Assembly: GCA_038228545.1 (NCBI GenBank)
Contig: JBBRPE010000002.1
Span: 88,426 to 148,505, forward strand
Direction of reading: 5' to 3'
DNA: 60,080 bases
Origin: Minisyncoccia bacterium
Lineage (GTDB): Bacteria; Patescibacteriota; Minisyncoccia; Phycocordibacterales; Phycocordibacteraceae
Program-made: the position numbers and the translations under genes
The notes under the pieces: generated by a model
Seen by the model: only the letters and a program-made list of their open reading frames with translations
Told to the model about the DNA's origin: nothing
Databases searched by the model: none
Part shown: positions 44,836-54,502 of the stretch, piece after piece
Layout: each line of letters starts with the position of its first letter
How positions within the stretch are numbered: the stretch's first letter is position 1

Positions 44836-44996
44836 CATATGGAGCTTGCTGGAAAATTCCATATACTTCGTTATGGGTCCCGATTCGTTACTTCGTCGTA
44901 TAGCACATACGCCTCCGTTCCGAATCCTCCCACGCCTCGTCTCTGGAGCTTTTCCAACAACCTCAACACGTGCCGATTAAGAAACTCCACATTTTT

Positions 44997-46379
44997 ATGA
45001 ACACACCATCCCTCGACACCATTGTTTCACTCGCCAAGCGTCGTGGCTTTGTATATCCCGGTTCTGAAATATACGGTGGTCTTGCCGGAACGTTCGATTA
45101 TGGACCACTCGGTGTCGCTCTTAAGAAGAATATCGAAGCGCTCTGGTGGCGCACCTTTGTCGAGCTTCGCGATGACATGTATGGCATCGATTCAAGTATC
45201 CTCATGAATCCGAAGGTCTGGGAAACCAGTGGACATGTGGGTGGATTTAACGACCCACTCGTTGAGGATGCAAAGACCAAAAAGCGTTACCGTGCAGACC
45301 ACCTGCTTGAAGAGGCGGGTGTAGATCCATCCGGAATGACTCTGGAAGATATGGGTGCGGCCATTACCGAGCATAAACTCAAGAGTCCTGACGGAAACGC
45401 ATTCTCCGAGCCTCAGCAGTTCAATATGATGTTCAAGACCACAGTCGGTTCCGTAGAAGGAGAAGACATGGCGGTGTATCTGCGTCCGGAGACGGCCCAG
45501 GGTATGTTTGTAAACTTCAAGAACATTATTGATTCATTTCATCCGAAGGCACCGTTCGGCATCGCGCAGATAGGTAAGGCGTTTCGTAATGAGATTGCTC
45601 CACGCGAATTCCTATTCCGTGTGCGTGAGCTCGAAATAATGGAGCTTGAGTATTTTCTTAAGGAAGAGACATGGGAGGCCGAGTTCGAAGCATGGCGCAC
45701 CGCAATGCACGCGTGGTTTACCGACCTCGGGTTCCTGCCTGAGGAGATTCAGGAAGTGGAAGTACCAAAAGAAGAACGTGCCCATTACTCAAAGCGCACT
45801 CTCGATTTCTATTTCAAATACCCGGGAGGCTTTAAGGAAATTGGAGGTCTTGCGTATCGTACTGACTTCGACCTCTCTCGCCACAAGGAGGAGAGTGGGG
45901 CGGAGCTTGCCTACCTCGACCCGGAGACCAACGAGCGCTCCATGCTCCATGTGATTGAACCGACATTCGGTCTTGGTCGCCACGTACTCGCTGCGCTCGT
46001 AAACGCATACACTGTAGACGAACTTGGCGGAGAAGAACGCGTCGTACTCAAGCTTTCACCAAAGATTTCGCCTATTAAAGCGATGGTATCCCCGTTGCTG
46101 AAGAACAAGCCAGAGCTCGTCGAAAAGGCGAGGGAAGTGCGCGACATACTCCGTAAGGTGCACCCAGCTATCGCTTGGGACGACAACGGTAACATCGGCA
46201 AGCGCTATCGCCGCCAGGACGAGATTGGTACACCATTCTGTATTACGGTCGACTTCGACACGCTCGGCGAAACTCCGGACCTTAAAGACACCGTCACCCT
46301 GCGAGACCGCGACACTGGCGAGCAAGAGCGCCTGACTATAGCTGAAGCTGCGGAGCGCATTCGGACCGCTATTTCCTAA
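44997..46379 (+). CDS. glyQS: Glycine--tRNA ligase (dimeric alpha2 type)
   Basis: ORF opens at 44970; the conserved N-terminus (..IVSLAKRRGFVYPGSEIYGGLAGTFDYGPLG) begins at the internal Met. RPETAQGMF, FRNEI.PR. Start coordinate is approximate. Confidence 0.9.
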   Translation: MNTPSLDTIVSLAKRRGFVYPGSEIYGGLAGTFDYGPLGVALKKNIEALWWRTFVELRDDMYGIDSSILMNPKVWETSGHVGGFNDPLVEDAKTKKRYRADHLLEEAGVDPSGMTLEDMGAAITEHKLKSPDGNAFSEPQQFNMMFKTTVGSVEGEDMAVYLRPETAQGMFVNFKNIIDSFHPKAPFGIAQIGKAFRNEIAPREFLFRVRELEIMELEYFLKEETWEAEFEAWRTAMHAWFTDLGFLPEEIQEVEVPKEERAHYSKRTLDFYFKYPGGFKEIGGLAYRTDFDLSRHKEESGAELAYLDPETNERSMLHVIEPTFGLGRHVLAALVNAYTVDELGGEERVVLKLSPKISPIKAMVSPLLKNKPELVEKAREVRDILRKVHPAIAWDDNGNIGKRYRRQDEIGTPFCITVDFDTLGETPDLKDTVTLRDRDTGEQERLTIAEAAERIRTAIS

Positions 46380-46416
46380 GCCTTCCAGTGCCACCTTTTG
46401 TGCTAGTATCGTCAGT

Positions 46417-47478
46417 ATGGATAAGCAAATACAAGTCTCCATCACGCCGGGGACGGTCATTACCACGATTATCATTGCTACCGGAGCCTACGCTGTCTGG
46501 GTGCTCCATAACCTCGTCCTCCTCGTCCTCACAGCTATTGTCATAGCTTCCGCTATTGAGCCGGGTGTCGCATTCTTCGCGAAGCGCAGAATTCCGCGCG
46601 TACTCGCTGTACTCGTGATGTATCTCATGGTGTTCGGCACGCTCTTCTCAGTCATTTACTTTTTCTTCCCCCCAATTCTTGAAGACGCTGAAAACTTTAT
46701 CTCCGTCGGCGCACAGTATCTCGATACCTTCAATATTCCCGGTCTCTCGTCGGCAACAGGCACCATAGCTCCGCTTAGTCCGGATAAGTCGCAGTTGAAC
46801 GGCCTACTCCAAGGGCTTCTGTCATTCCGTACCGCTTTCACTGATCCATCTGCCGGTGCACTCAAACTCGCCTCAACCTTCTTCGGTGGCATCTTCTCAC
46901 TTCTTCTCGTGGTCGTGCTCTCATTCTATTTTGCGATTCAAGACACGGGCATTGAAGATTTTCTTCGTCTTATTACTCCTGCTAAAAACGAAGACTACGT
47001 TATCGGCCTCTGGCATCGTGCACAACGCAAGATAGGGCTTTGGATGCAGGGTCAGCTACTTTCATCCCTCATTGGTGGCGTCATTGCATACCTCGGACTT
47101 CTCATTCTTGGCGTACCGTACGCACTTCTGCTTGCTGCATTCACTGCAGTTGCGATGCTCGTTCCCATTTTCGGTTCGTTTATTTCGGCTGGGCCGGCAG
47201 TCATAGTTGCGTTCTCTGTCACGGGTGACCTAACGCTCGCACTCATTGTTGCTGGTCTGTATCTCATCATCAATCAATTCGAGGCGCACCTTATCCATCC
47301 ACTCGTGGTGAATAAGGTAGTAGGTATTCCGCCACTCTTGGTCATTCTCGCGCTCATCGTCGGCGGAGAACTCGCCGGCTTCCTAGGTGTCGTGCTCGCT
47401 ATCCCTGTTGCTGCTGCGCTTCGTGAATTCCTTTCTGACATGGCTCGGGGTAAGCGCGCAAAGGCGCAGGTAGTGTAG
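46417..47478 (+). CDS. AI-2E family (PerM/UPF0118) membrane transporter
   Basis: About 8 TM helices; conserved C-terminal ..NQFEAHLIHPLVVNKVVGIPPLLVILAL..GGELAGFLGVVLAIPVAA. Confidence 0.82.
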   Translation: MDKQIQVSITPGTVITTIIIATGAYAVWVLHNLVLLVLTAIVIASAIEPGVAFFAKRRIPRVLAVLVMYLMVFGTLFSVIYFFFPPILEDAENFISVGAQYLDTFNIPGLSSATGTIAPLSPDKSQLNGLLQGLLSFRTAFTDPSAGALKLASTFFGGIFSLLLVVVLSFYFAIQDTGIEDFLRLITPAKNEDYVIGLWHRAQRKIGLWMQGQLLSSLIGGVIAYLGLLILGVPYALLLAAFTAVAMLVPIFGSFISAGPAVIVAFSVTGDLTLALIVAGLYLIINQFEAHLIHPLVVNKVVGIPPLLVILALIVGGELAGFLGVVLAIPVAAALREFLSDMARGKRAKAQVV

Positions 47479-47480
47479 GT

Positions 47481-49040
47481 ATGGCCCGATACATTACCAC
47501 CACGCTTCCGTACGTGAACGCGGACCCGCATATTGGGTTCGCACTTGAATTGGTGCAGACTGACACGCTCGTGCGTCTTTGGAGAGGGAACGGAGAGGAA
47601 GTTTTTTTCAATACCGGTACGGATGAGCATGGACAGAAAATACTCGAGACAGCCGATAAAAAAGGCCAACCGGTTCAGGAGTACGTCGACCACTACGCGA
47701 GCGAGTTTCGGAAGTTGAAAGAGGCGCTCTCGCTTGATAACCCGACGTTCGTCCGCACAACGGACGCGCATCACATGAAGGCTGCAGAAGAAATTTGGAA
47801 ACGCTGCGAAGCGGCCGGCGATATATATAAGAAGTCCTACGTTGGTCTGTATTGCGTGGGATGCGAACTCTACAAGACGGAAAAAGAACTGACTGAGGAC
47901 GGGCACTGCCTCATCCATACACATCTAAAGGCAGAGGAGGTGTCTGAAGAGAATTACTTCTTCCGGCTTTCAAAATATTCCGATCAGTTGCGTGCATACC
48001 TTCAGCGCCCGGGCGTTATTGTCCCCGAATGGCGCCGTGAGGAGGCGCTCAATTTTCTCGAGAGTGGCCTTGAAGATTTCAGTATCTCGCGCGATGCGTC
48101 CCGGCTTTCGTGGGGAATCCAAGTGCCGGGAGATCCATCGCAAGTAATGTATGTTTGGTTTGATGCGCTCACTAACTACATCTCGACGCTGGGATGGCCA
48201 GAGGATTCGGACGGGACATTCGAACGATATTGGCAGAAGGGCAACACACTGCAGATGGCAGGGAAGGACCAGGTACGGTTCCAGACCATCATGTGGCAGG
48301 CGATGCTCATTTCGGTCGGCTTGAAGAATACCGACCAGCATTTCGTGCATGGGTTTATAACTTCGGGCGGACAAAAGATGAGTAAGTCGCTCGGAAACGT
48401 CATTAATCCCTATGAACTCGTCGAGAAGTACGGTACGGATGCAACTCGGTATATGCTTTTGCGCCATGTACATCCTGTTGAGGATTCGGACGTCACATGG
48501 GAACGACTTGATGAATGGTATCTGGCAAATCTTGTAAACGGATTAGGTAACCTCGTCTCGCGCGTCATGAAGCTTGCCGAAGAGCATCTTCTGGCCCCGG
48601 TCGTGCTCACAGAAGACGATATGCTAGTGGAAGAAGCGTTTACGGTTGAGCTCCGCTTCTTCCGCTTCAACGAAGCTCTCAATCTTCTCTGGGAGCACGT
48701 GAATAAAGGCGACGAGTTTATGACGAGCCACGAGCCCTATAAGAAAATAAAGGGAGACGACACAAAGGAAGAGGCACTCGCTGATATCGAGAAGTTGGTA
48801 CGTCATGTTGCGAAGGTGGCAGTAAATCTAGGTGTGGTGATGCCTCATACGAGCGAGCTCATACTGTCCGCAGTCCGCGCGAACAAGAAGCCGGAGAACC
48901 TCTTTCCCCGCTTGAGTCAGCAAGCGGCCGGCGAAGCGCGGGGCTTGAGTCAGCAAGCGGCCGGCGAAGCGCGGGGCTTGAGTCAGCAAGCGGCCGGCGA
49001 AGCGCGGGGCTTGAGTGAGCAAGCGCGGGACCTTAGTTAG
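47481..49040 (+). CDS. metG: Methionine--tRNA ligase (short form) with repeat-encoded C-terminal tail
   Basis: TTTLPYVNADPHIGF (HIGH-type), GTDEHGQKI, KMSKSLGN, anticodon-binding helical domain. Last about 45 aa are LSQQAAGEARG x3 plus LSEQARDLS. Confidence 0.92.
   Translation: MARYITTTLPYVNADPHIGFALELVQTDTLVRLWRGNGEEVFFNTGTDEHGQKILETADKKGQPVQEYVDHYASEFRKLKEALSLDNPTFVRTTDAHHMKAAEEIWKRCEAAGDIYKKSYVGLYCVGCELYKTEKELTEDGHCLIHTHLKAEEVSEENYFFRLSKYSDQLRAYLQRPGVIVPEWRREEALNFLESGLEDFSISRDASRLSWGIQVPGDPSQVMYVWFDALTNYISTLGWPEDSDGTFERYWQKGNTLQMAGKDQVRFQTIMWQAMLISVGLKNTDQHFVHGFITSGGQKMSKSLGNVINPYELVEKYGTDATRYMLLRHVHPVEDSDVTWERLDEWYLANLVNGLGNLVSRVMKLAEEHLLAPVVLTEDDMLVEEAFTVELRFFRFNEALNLLWEHVNKGDEFMTSHEPYKKIKGDDTKEEALADIEKLVRHVAKVAVNLGVVMPHTSELILSAVRANKKPENLFPRLSQQAAGEARGLSQQAAGEARGLSQQAAGEARGLSEQARDLS
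48911..49040 (+). repeat. Tandem repeat: three perfect 33-bp units plus one degenerate, truncated unit
   Basis: CTTGAGTCAGCAAGCGGCCGGCGAAGCGCGGGG at 48911-48943, 48944-48976 and 48977-49009. Degenerate copy from 49010 to the metG stop at 49038-49040. Confidence 0.95.
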
Positions 49041-49832
49041 ATGAAGTATTTTGATGCGCACTGTCATGTGCAATTCCCGGTCTATGACGAAGACCGTGAG
49101 GCAGTACTCGAACGAATGCTGGCAGAGGATATTGGAGGAGTATTTGTCGGGTGTGACCTCAAGTCCTCAAAGAAAGCAGTGGAGCTAGCGACTAGACATG
49201 ACACGTTCTTTGCTTCCCTCGGCCTCCATCCAAACCATGAATCCGACGAACGATTCGAAAAAGCGTCGTATCTCGAGCTAGGGAAAAGTAACAAGGTCGT
49301 TGCTGTTGGTGAGTGTGGTCTTGATTACTTCCGTCCAATAGCAGTCGATGACGAAGTGAAACGTAAGCAAGCCGCGCTTTTCAAAGATCACATACAACTC
49401 GCTCTCGCACTCAATAAGCCGCTCATAATCCATGCTCGCCCAAGCAAGGGCTCTATGGATGCCTATGAAGATGCACTCGTTCTACTTGAGAGTGCGAAGC
49501 AGGAACACCCAGAACTTGTGGGCGATTTTCATTTTTTTGTGGGCGACGTTGCAACTGCCAAGCGCATTGTTGCGCTGGGCTTCACTATTTCATATACGGC
49601 AGTGCTCACCTTTACGCATGACTATGACGAGGTAATTCGGTCAGTCCCGCTAGAAAACATTCTTTCCGAAACCGATTCTCCGTACGTGGCCCCAGAAGGG
49701 AAGCGCGGCCAGCGGAATGAACCGACAGCGGTCATTGATGTGGCGAAAGCAATTGCTCGAATACGAGGCGAAGACGAGGGGACCGTTCGGGAGACCCTTC
49801 TCGAAAACGCTAAGCGCATATTTCATATATAG
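49041..49832 (+). CDS. tatD: TatD-family metal-dependent hydrolase/DNase
   Basis: YFDAHCH, GECGLDYF, IIHAR, SETDSPY motifs. ATG immediately follows the metG stop. Confidence 0.9.
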   Translation: MKYFDAHCHVQFPVYDEDREAVLERMLAEDIGGVFVGCDLKSSKKAVELATRHDTFFASLGLHPNHESDERFEKASYLELGKSNKVVAVGECGLDYFRPIAVDDEVKRKQAALFKDHIQLALALNKPLIIHARPSKGSMDAYEDALVLLESAKQEHPELVGDFHFFVGDVATAKRIVALGFTISYTAVLTFTHDYDEVIRSVPLENILSETDSPYVAPEGKRGQRNEPTAVIDVAKAIARIRGEDEGTVRETLLENAKRIFHI

Positions 49833-49889
49833 AGCCTGGTTGCTCGCTTTATTGCCCGAGGCCACCCTGCGTGGTACAGTGCGCAAGTT

Positions 49890-50393
49890 ATGAAAAAAGA
49901 ATCCGAAAACGGTGCTGAGGGCACCGAGCAGGAGCTTGAAGCGGGATATAACGAATCCCGTGTGTATGAGCTCGGCTTCCACCTCGATTCTGAACTCCCG
50001 ACCGAGGAGGTAAAGAAAACTTATCAAGCGCTTCGCGATGTGATTGCGAAGGTCGGTACTATCGTTGCTGAAGGCGAGCCTGCAAAGATTCCTCTTGCGT
50101 ACACTATTTCTCGCAGCGACCAGGCTGGTCGTCGTGACTGGAACAGCGCGTTTTTCTGCTGGATAGCCTACGAGACGGAAGGTGAGGGACATGAGACGGT
50201 GCTCGCTGCAGCTAAGGCTGAAACGCGCATTATCCGCTTCCTCGACATCCGTACGGATAAGGAATCTGCAAAGCACTCAGCTGAAATGGCAGAAATCTAC
50301 GCAAAGATGCCGGAAACACTCGAGGGCGCACTAGAGGAGGATGTCTCTGAGGTTGAGCTCGATGCAGCACTTAAGGATGCGGGCGTTGCATAA
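49890..50393 (+). CDS. rpsF: 30S ribosomal protein S6 (divergent, with N- and C-terminal extensions)
   Basis: YELGFHL...EEV...., KIPLAYTI, IIRFLDIRT pattern. Position upstream of ssb-rpsR, the canonical rpsF-ssb-rpsR order. Confidence 0.7.
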   Translation: MKKESENGAEGTEQELEAGYNESRVYELGFHLDSELPTEEVKKTYQALRDVIAKVGTIVAEGEPAKIPLAYTISRSDQAGRRDWNSAFFCWIAYETEGEGHETVLAAAKAETRIIRFLDIRTDKESAKHSAEMAEIYAKMPETLEGALEEDVSEVELDAALKDAGVA

Positions 50394-50416
50394 AGCAGCT
50401 CTGCTATACTTCCTGC

Positions 50417-50881
50417 ATGTACCTCAACAAAGTCCAGCTCTACGGAAATCTTACCCGCGACCCGGAAATTAAGGCATTGCCATCCGGCCAGCAAGTAGCG
50501 AATTTCGCAGTTGCTACCAACCGCACCTTTAAAGATAAGAATGGCGCTCGTCAGGAGCAGACAGAATTCCACAATGTCGTGGCATTCGGACGCACTGCGG
50601 AAGTCATCGGACAGTACCTCAAGAAGGGACGTCCTATCTTTATAGAAGGCCGTATACAGACCCGTTCATGGGACAAGGATGGAGCTAAACAGTACCGCAC
50701 GGAAATACTCGTTGAGAACTTCCAGTTCGGTGCAGAAGGTCGCGGTGGAGAGGGAGGTGGAGCACCACGTCCATCGAGCGCACCAGTAGGAGACGACATG
50801 GGCGCATCTATGCCAACCAACGGAGGAGAAGAAATTCAGTACCCAGACGAAGAAATTAATCCGGAAGACATTCCATTCTAA
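50417..50881 (+). CDS. ssb: Single-stranded DNA-binding protein
   Basis: MYLNKVQLYGNLTRDPE OB fold, Gly-rich linker, acidic tip ..EDIPF. Confidence 0.93.
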   Translation: MYLNKVQLYGNLTRDPEIKALPSGQQVANFAVATNRTFKDKNGARQEQTEFHNVVAFGRTAEVIGQYLKKGRPIFIEGRIQTRSWDKDGAKQYRTEILVENFQFGAEGRGGEGGGAPRPSSAPVGDDMGASMPTNGGEEIQYPDEEINPEDIPF

Positions 50882-50891
50882 ATAATCAGTT

Positions 50892-51098
50892 ATGGCATAT
50901 CAATCAGAACGTGAAGAAATAGAGCACAAGAAGTTTGTCGACTACAAGGACATTGCGTACCTTCGTCAGTTTACAAATCCGCACGCAAAGATTATGGGCA
51001 AGAAGCGTACGGGAGTTGCTGCAAGCAAGCAGCGCGAGATATCGCTTGCGATAAAGCGCGCCCGCTACATGGCTCTTATGCCCTATCTTTCGGCATAA
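50892..51098 (+). CDS. rpsR: 30S ribosomal protein S18
   Basis: 68 aa, ..FVDYKDIAYLRQF......I...R.TG....KQR....AIKRAR..AL.PY. Confidence 0.92.
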   Translation: MAYQSEREEIEHKKFVDYKDIAYLRQFTNPHAKIMGKKRTGVAASKQREISLAIKRARYMALMPYLSA

Positions 51099-51109
51099 TC
51101 CGAAGGCAG

Positions 51110-51150
51110 ATAAAAGCAAAGGCCGTCCCCAAGGACGGCCTTTGCTTTTA
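51110..51150 (+). terminator. rpsR terminator
   Basis: ATAAAAGCAAAGGCCGTCC-CCAA-GGACGGCCTTTGCTTTTAT. Confidence 0.85.
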
Positions 51151-51220
51151 TCTCGGTGGGTGTAGGATTGCGAACGGGGAAGAGACATTGTGCCTTTTGC
51201 TCTATTTGGGAGGGATTACC

Positions 51221-51709
51221 ATGCTCGGAAAATTGGCCATCGGCGGCGTTGGCATGGCCGTAGCTATTGCAGCCACTATTGCGTGGGCCGACTCGCAGAA
51301 TCCACACCGTCCGCCAGCTCCGCTCTCCGTGGTTGAGCGCGCTGCCGACTGTATTGGCTGGAAACGTGATGTCGGCCACGAACTCTCGAACCAGTTCGCC
51401 GCAGGCGCTGTCGATCCGACCGGTTCCGTCGGCTTCGCTCGCTCGGTGCCGATGGGATATCGCGTCTCCGTGTATGTCGCCAGCACAGGCTGCGAAAGCC
51501 AGCCGGTGAACGTTGCACAAACGCTCGAAAACATCGAACAACCCGGCGTCGTCGCCGTTGATCTGACACGGTCGCATGGCAATAACCGATTCGACATGTA
51601 TTCCATTGTCGAAGTTACGTCATCGCAACCGGGTGCGACTCGCACCTTCATCCTCGCGACCAAGCAAGTAACGGTCACGTTAGGCGAAGGGCCGCGTCGC
51701 CCAACGTGA
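51221..51709 (+). CDS. Orphan secreted protein, visibly GC-rich gene
   Basis: GGGAGGG Shine-Dalgarno upstream of the ATG at 51221; signal-peptide-like MLGKLAIGGVGMAVAIAATIAWA. A long antisense ORF (51202-51783) is attributed to high G+C. Confidence 0.55.
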   Translation: MLGKLAIGGVGMAVAIAATIAWADSQNPHRPPAPLSVVERAADCIGWKRDVGHELSNQFAAGAVDPTGSVGFARSVPMGYRVSVYVASTGCESQPVNVAQTLENIEQPGVVAVDLTRSHGNNRFDMYSIVEVTSSQPGATRTFILATKQVTVTLGEGPRRPT

Positions 51710-51724
51710 TTGGGAGACCATGTA

Positions 51725-51777
51725 CTACAAACAATGACGGACCCGCTCAGAATGAGTGGGTCCGTAATCGTTTGTAG
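51725..51777. terminator. Bidirectional hairpin between the orphan gene and efp
   Basis: CTACAAAC..GGACCC-(13 nt)-GGGTCC..GTTTGTAG. Confidence 0.6.
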
Positions 51778-51786
51778 AAACAACGT

Positions 51787-52362
51787 TTACGCTTTCTCCA
51801 TGCGCTCTACGTACTCGCCGGTGTCAGTGTTAATGCGTAGGATGTCTCCTGGATTTATGAAGAGGGGAGTCGTAATGGTCGCTCCAGACTCGAGCGTAAC
51901 GATTTTGTTGCCGCCGGTCGCTGTGTCGCCTTTCACTGCAGGAGGAGCGTCCGTTACCTTGAGATCAATTTTAATTGGAATCTTCAGGTTAATTGGCTCA
52001 TCGTTGTAGAGAAGTACTTCCACCTCCATGTTCTGTACAAGCCACTGCACACGCTCATGGACTACATCCTCGCTGAAAAAGAAGCGATTCTTCGGGTTAC
52101 CTTTTTCGTTGAACCACGACTGACCCTTCGTGGTGTAGAGGTAGATTGCTTCCATGCGTCCCATGTCTGCTTCCTGTGCAGACTCGTTCTGGTGAAAGGA
52201 AATTTCCGTCACTTTGCCAGAGACCATGTGGCGGAGCTTGGTCTGATTGACGGGCTTGCGTTGCTGCATACGGAATACATGCGAGGAGAGTACCTCATAC
52301 GGTTCACCGTTATAGACGATAACCTTTTTTTGAACTATTTCGTTATACGAGAGAATTGCCAT
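51787..52362 (-). CDS. efp: Elongation factor P
   Basis: 191 aa, ..VIVYNGEPYEVL....R.QQRKPV.QTKLR....GKV.E..F; three OB/KOW-like domains. Confidence 0.92.
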   Translation of the reverse strand: MAILSYNEIVQKKVIVYNGEPYEVLSSHVFRMQQRKPVNQTKLRHMVSGKVTEISFHQNESAQEADMGRMEAIYLYTTKGQSWFNEKGNPKNRFFFSEDVVHERVQWLVQNMEVEVLLYNDEPINLKIPIKIDLKVTDAPPAVKGDTATGGNKIVTLESGATITTPLFINPGDILRINTDTGEYVERMEKA

Positions 52363-52414
52363 GGGAGAGAATGATTAGCTGGAAACCGAGCGGGTGTCAG
52401 GTCGGTTATAAAAA

Positions 52415-53038
52415 ATGCCGGTGACCCGGAATAGGGGTATGATACAGGACATAATGTGGGGAGTAAAACAATGGCCAAGCGACGAGCTTGCAGACGCAAC
52501 CGACGAGGAGGTGCTTCGTGCGGCGCAAAAGAACCCCGACGTGTTCGAGGTCTTAGTCGCGCGCTATGAGGACGCGTTCCTGCGCAAAGCGAAATCCATT
52601 CTCTACTCCAAAGAAGACGCTGAAGAAGTGGTGCAGGACACTTTTACCCGCATCTACATATATGCCGATCGGTATCAGCCACAAGAAGGTGCAAGCTTTT
52701 CGTCCTGGGGGTACGCAATACTGACGCGATTGGCCTTCACGCGCTACCAGAAGCTCTCAAAGCTACGCAAAGCTATGGCCCCAATGGAAACAGAGACGTT
52801 TGAGCGACTCCCAGACGAGAGCGACTTTCGGGACGAACTGGTGGTTAAAGATGAGGTACTGGTAGCGCTTTCCCGTATACCCGAAGCTGCCAGTCGCGTC
52901 CTCTCCCTGCAGTTCCTTGAAGGAAAAACCCAAGAGGAAATAGCGGTAGCTGAAGGCGCTTCTATATCAGCCGTAAAGACCCGTGTGCATCGCGCTAAGA
53001 AATTATTCAAACAGGCACTCGACGATGCCTCCTTATAA
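52415..53038 (+). CDS. ECF-type RNA polymerase sigma-70 family factor
   Basis: Region 2 (FEVLVARYEDAFLRKA, DAEEVVQDTFTRIY) and region 4 HTH (QEEIAVAEGASISAVKTRVHRAKK). Confidence 0.88.
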   Translation: MPVTRNRGMIQDIMWGVKQWPSDELADATDEEVLRAAQKNPDVFEVLVARYEDAFLRKAKSILYSKEDAEEVVQDTFTRIYIYADRYQPQEGASFSSWGYAILTRLAFTRYQKLSKLRKAMAPMETETFERLPDESDFRDELVVKDEVLVALSRIPEAASRVLSLQFLEGKTQEEIAVAEGASISAVKTRVHRAKKLFKQALDDASL

Positions 53039-53375
53039 CGAACCTATGCAAACTTCAAACTCTTCCATTTCTGCAAACGTGATGCGTCGCGTGCGCGTCA
53101 TACATACGGTGCGACCGCTCGTTTCCGGAACCACACTTGCGAGCTTCCTGTTCCTACTTGCCGTCTGGGGTATTGGTAGGGAAGTGTGGGTAGCGCATGT
53201 GATTGCGAATATGCCGTCAACCGGAGACGTCACTGCAGTCGTACGTTTCTTCGTATCTGCGTTCCTCAATACTCGTTTCGTAGTTCAGGTGCTTACCGTA
53301 CTTGCTGGTGGAGCACTTGTATACGCCGGTAGCGAGTTCGTACGAGCAGTTGTTCCGGCGCAGCGGTTCGCGTAG
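53025..53375 (+). CDS. Membrane protein downstream of the ECF sigma gene (possible anti-sigma factor)
   Basis: Overlaps the sigma stop by 14 nt. Short cytoplasmic N-terminus, then two or three TM helices. Assignment rests on position only. Confidence 0.4.
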   Translation: MPPYNEPMQTSNSSISANVMRRVRVIHTVRPLVSGTTLASFLFLLAVWGIGREVWVAHVIANMPSTGDVTAVVRFFVSAFLNTRFVVQVLTVLAGGALVYAGSEFVRAVVPAQRFA

Positions 53376-53384
53376 TACAGGGTA

Positions 53385-53421
53385 AAGAAAACCGGCGAGC
53401 TTGAAGCTCGCCGGTTTTCTT
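53385..53421. terminator. Bidirectional terminator shared with recA
   Basis: AAGAAAACCGGCGAGC-TTGAA-GCTCGCCGGTTTTCTT. Confidence 0.85.
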
Positions 53422-53431
53422 GTGTATACGT

Positions 53432-54490
53432 CTAATCCTCTTTGAGCTTGTCCGTAATCTTCTTCAATATTTCATTTGCCATCGGTTTGTTTTCGCGCAG
53501 GAAGGTGCGTGTTGCATCATACCCACGTCCGATAGATACCTCACCATACTTGTAGCTTGAACCTGACTTGGTAAGAATGTCGTATTTTTCACCGAGCGCT
53601 ATAATCTCACCCTCGCGACTAATACCTTCGTTATACATAAGGTCGAATTCCGTATTTTTGAACGGCGCCGCAACCTTGTTTTTTACCACCTTCACACGCA
53701 CACGACCGCCCACGATTTCTTCGCCCTTTTTAATCTGAGCAATGCGTCGGATATCAAGGCGTACTGATGTGTAGAACTTGAGTGCCTTACCTCCGGTCGT
53801 CGTCTCCGGATTGCCGAACATCACACCAATCTGCATACGAATCTGGTTGATGAAGATGATGATGGTCTTCGACTTCGCCGTTATGGCAGTGAGCTTTCGA
53901 AGAGCCTGGGACATAAGGCGCGCTTGCTTTCCCATCTGAGCAGAACCCATGTCACCTTCGATTTCGTCCTTTGGTGTAAGTGCTGCAACAGAGTCGACCA
54001 CGATAACATCGATAGAGTTTGCTCGTACGAGTGACTCGACTATTTCCAGTGCCTGCTCACCGGTGTCTGGCTGAGAAATGAGAAGTTCCTGCAACTTCAC
54101 GCCAATTTTGCGTGCGTACTCGGGGTCAAGTGCGTGTTCCGCGTCAACGAATGCACAGATACCGCCTTTCTTCTGAGCTTCTGCAATCACATGGAGTGCG
54201 AGTGTTGTTTTACCTGAAGATTCAGGACCGAATATCTCGATGATGCGACCACGAGGAAGTCCACCGATACCAAGCGCGTAGTCGAGTCCGATGGAACCGG
54301 TCGGGATGAAATCAATCTTGGCAGGGGACGTCGAGCCATACGTCATGATGGACTCGTCACCGAACTTCGTCTTTATTTCTTTAATAGCGAGCTCAATTGA
54401 TTTTGCTTTCGACATTGCGGACGTTTCTCCGTCCTCAATGACATCCTCAGTCGTCTTCGTCGTCTTTTTTGCAGCTTTTTTTGCGGGCAT
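53432..54490 (-). CDS. recA: Recombinase RecA
   Basis: [12 protein letters not shown] Walker [11 protein letters not shown] Walker B, L1/L2 loop regions, 352 aa. Confidence 0.96.
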   Translation of the reverse strand: MPAKKAAKKTTKTTEDVIEDGETSAMSKAKSIELAIKEIKTKFGDESIMTYGSTSPAKIDFIPTGSIGLDYALGIGGLPRGRIIEIFGPESSGKTTLALHVIAEAQKKGGICAFVDAEHALDPEYARKIGVKLQELLISQPDTGEQALEIVESLVRANSIDVIVVDSVAALTPKDEIEGDMGSAQMGKQARLMSQALRKLTAITAKSKTIIIFINQIRMQIGVMFGNPETTTGGKALKFYTSVRLDIRRIAQIKKGEEIVGGRVRVKVVKNKVAAPFKNTEFDLMYNEGISREGEIIALGEKYDILTKSGSSYKYGEVSIGRGYDATRTFLRENKPMANEILKKITDKLKED

Positions 54491-54502
54491 ACAGGTAACA
54501 AA

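Noticed and set aside
48911-49040. 33-bp repeats considered as a mini CRISPR array.
   Set aside because: Units are directly abutting with no spacers, lie in frame inside metG, and no cas genes or leader are present. This is a tandem repeat, not a CRISPR array.
51202-51783. 193-aa minus-strand ORF antisense to the second GC-rich orphan gene.
   Set aside because: Same reasoning. It also runs through the bidirectional terminator hairpin (51725-51777) and abuts efp, which is implausible.
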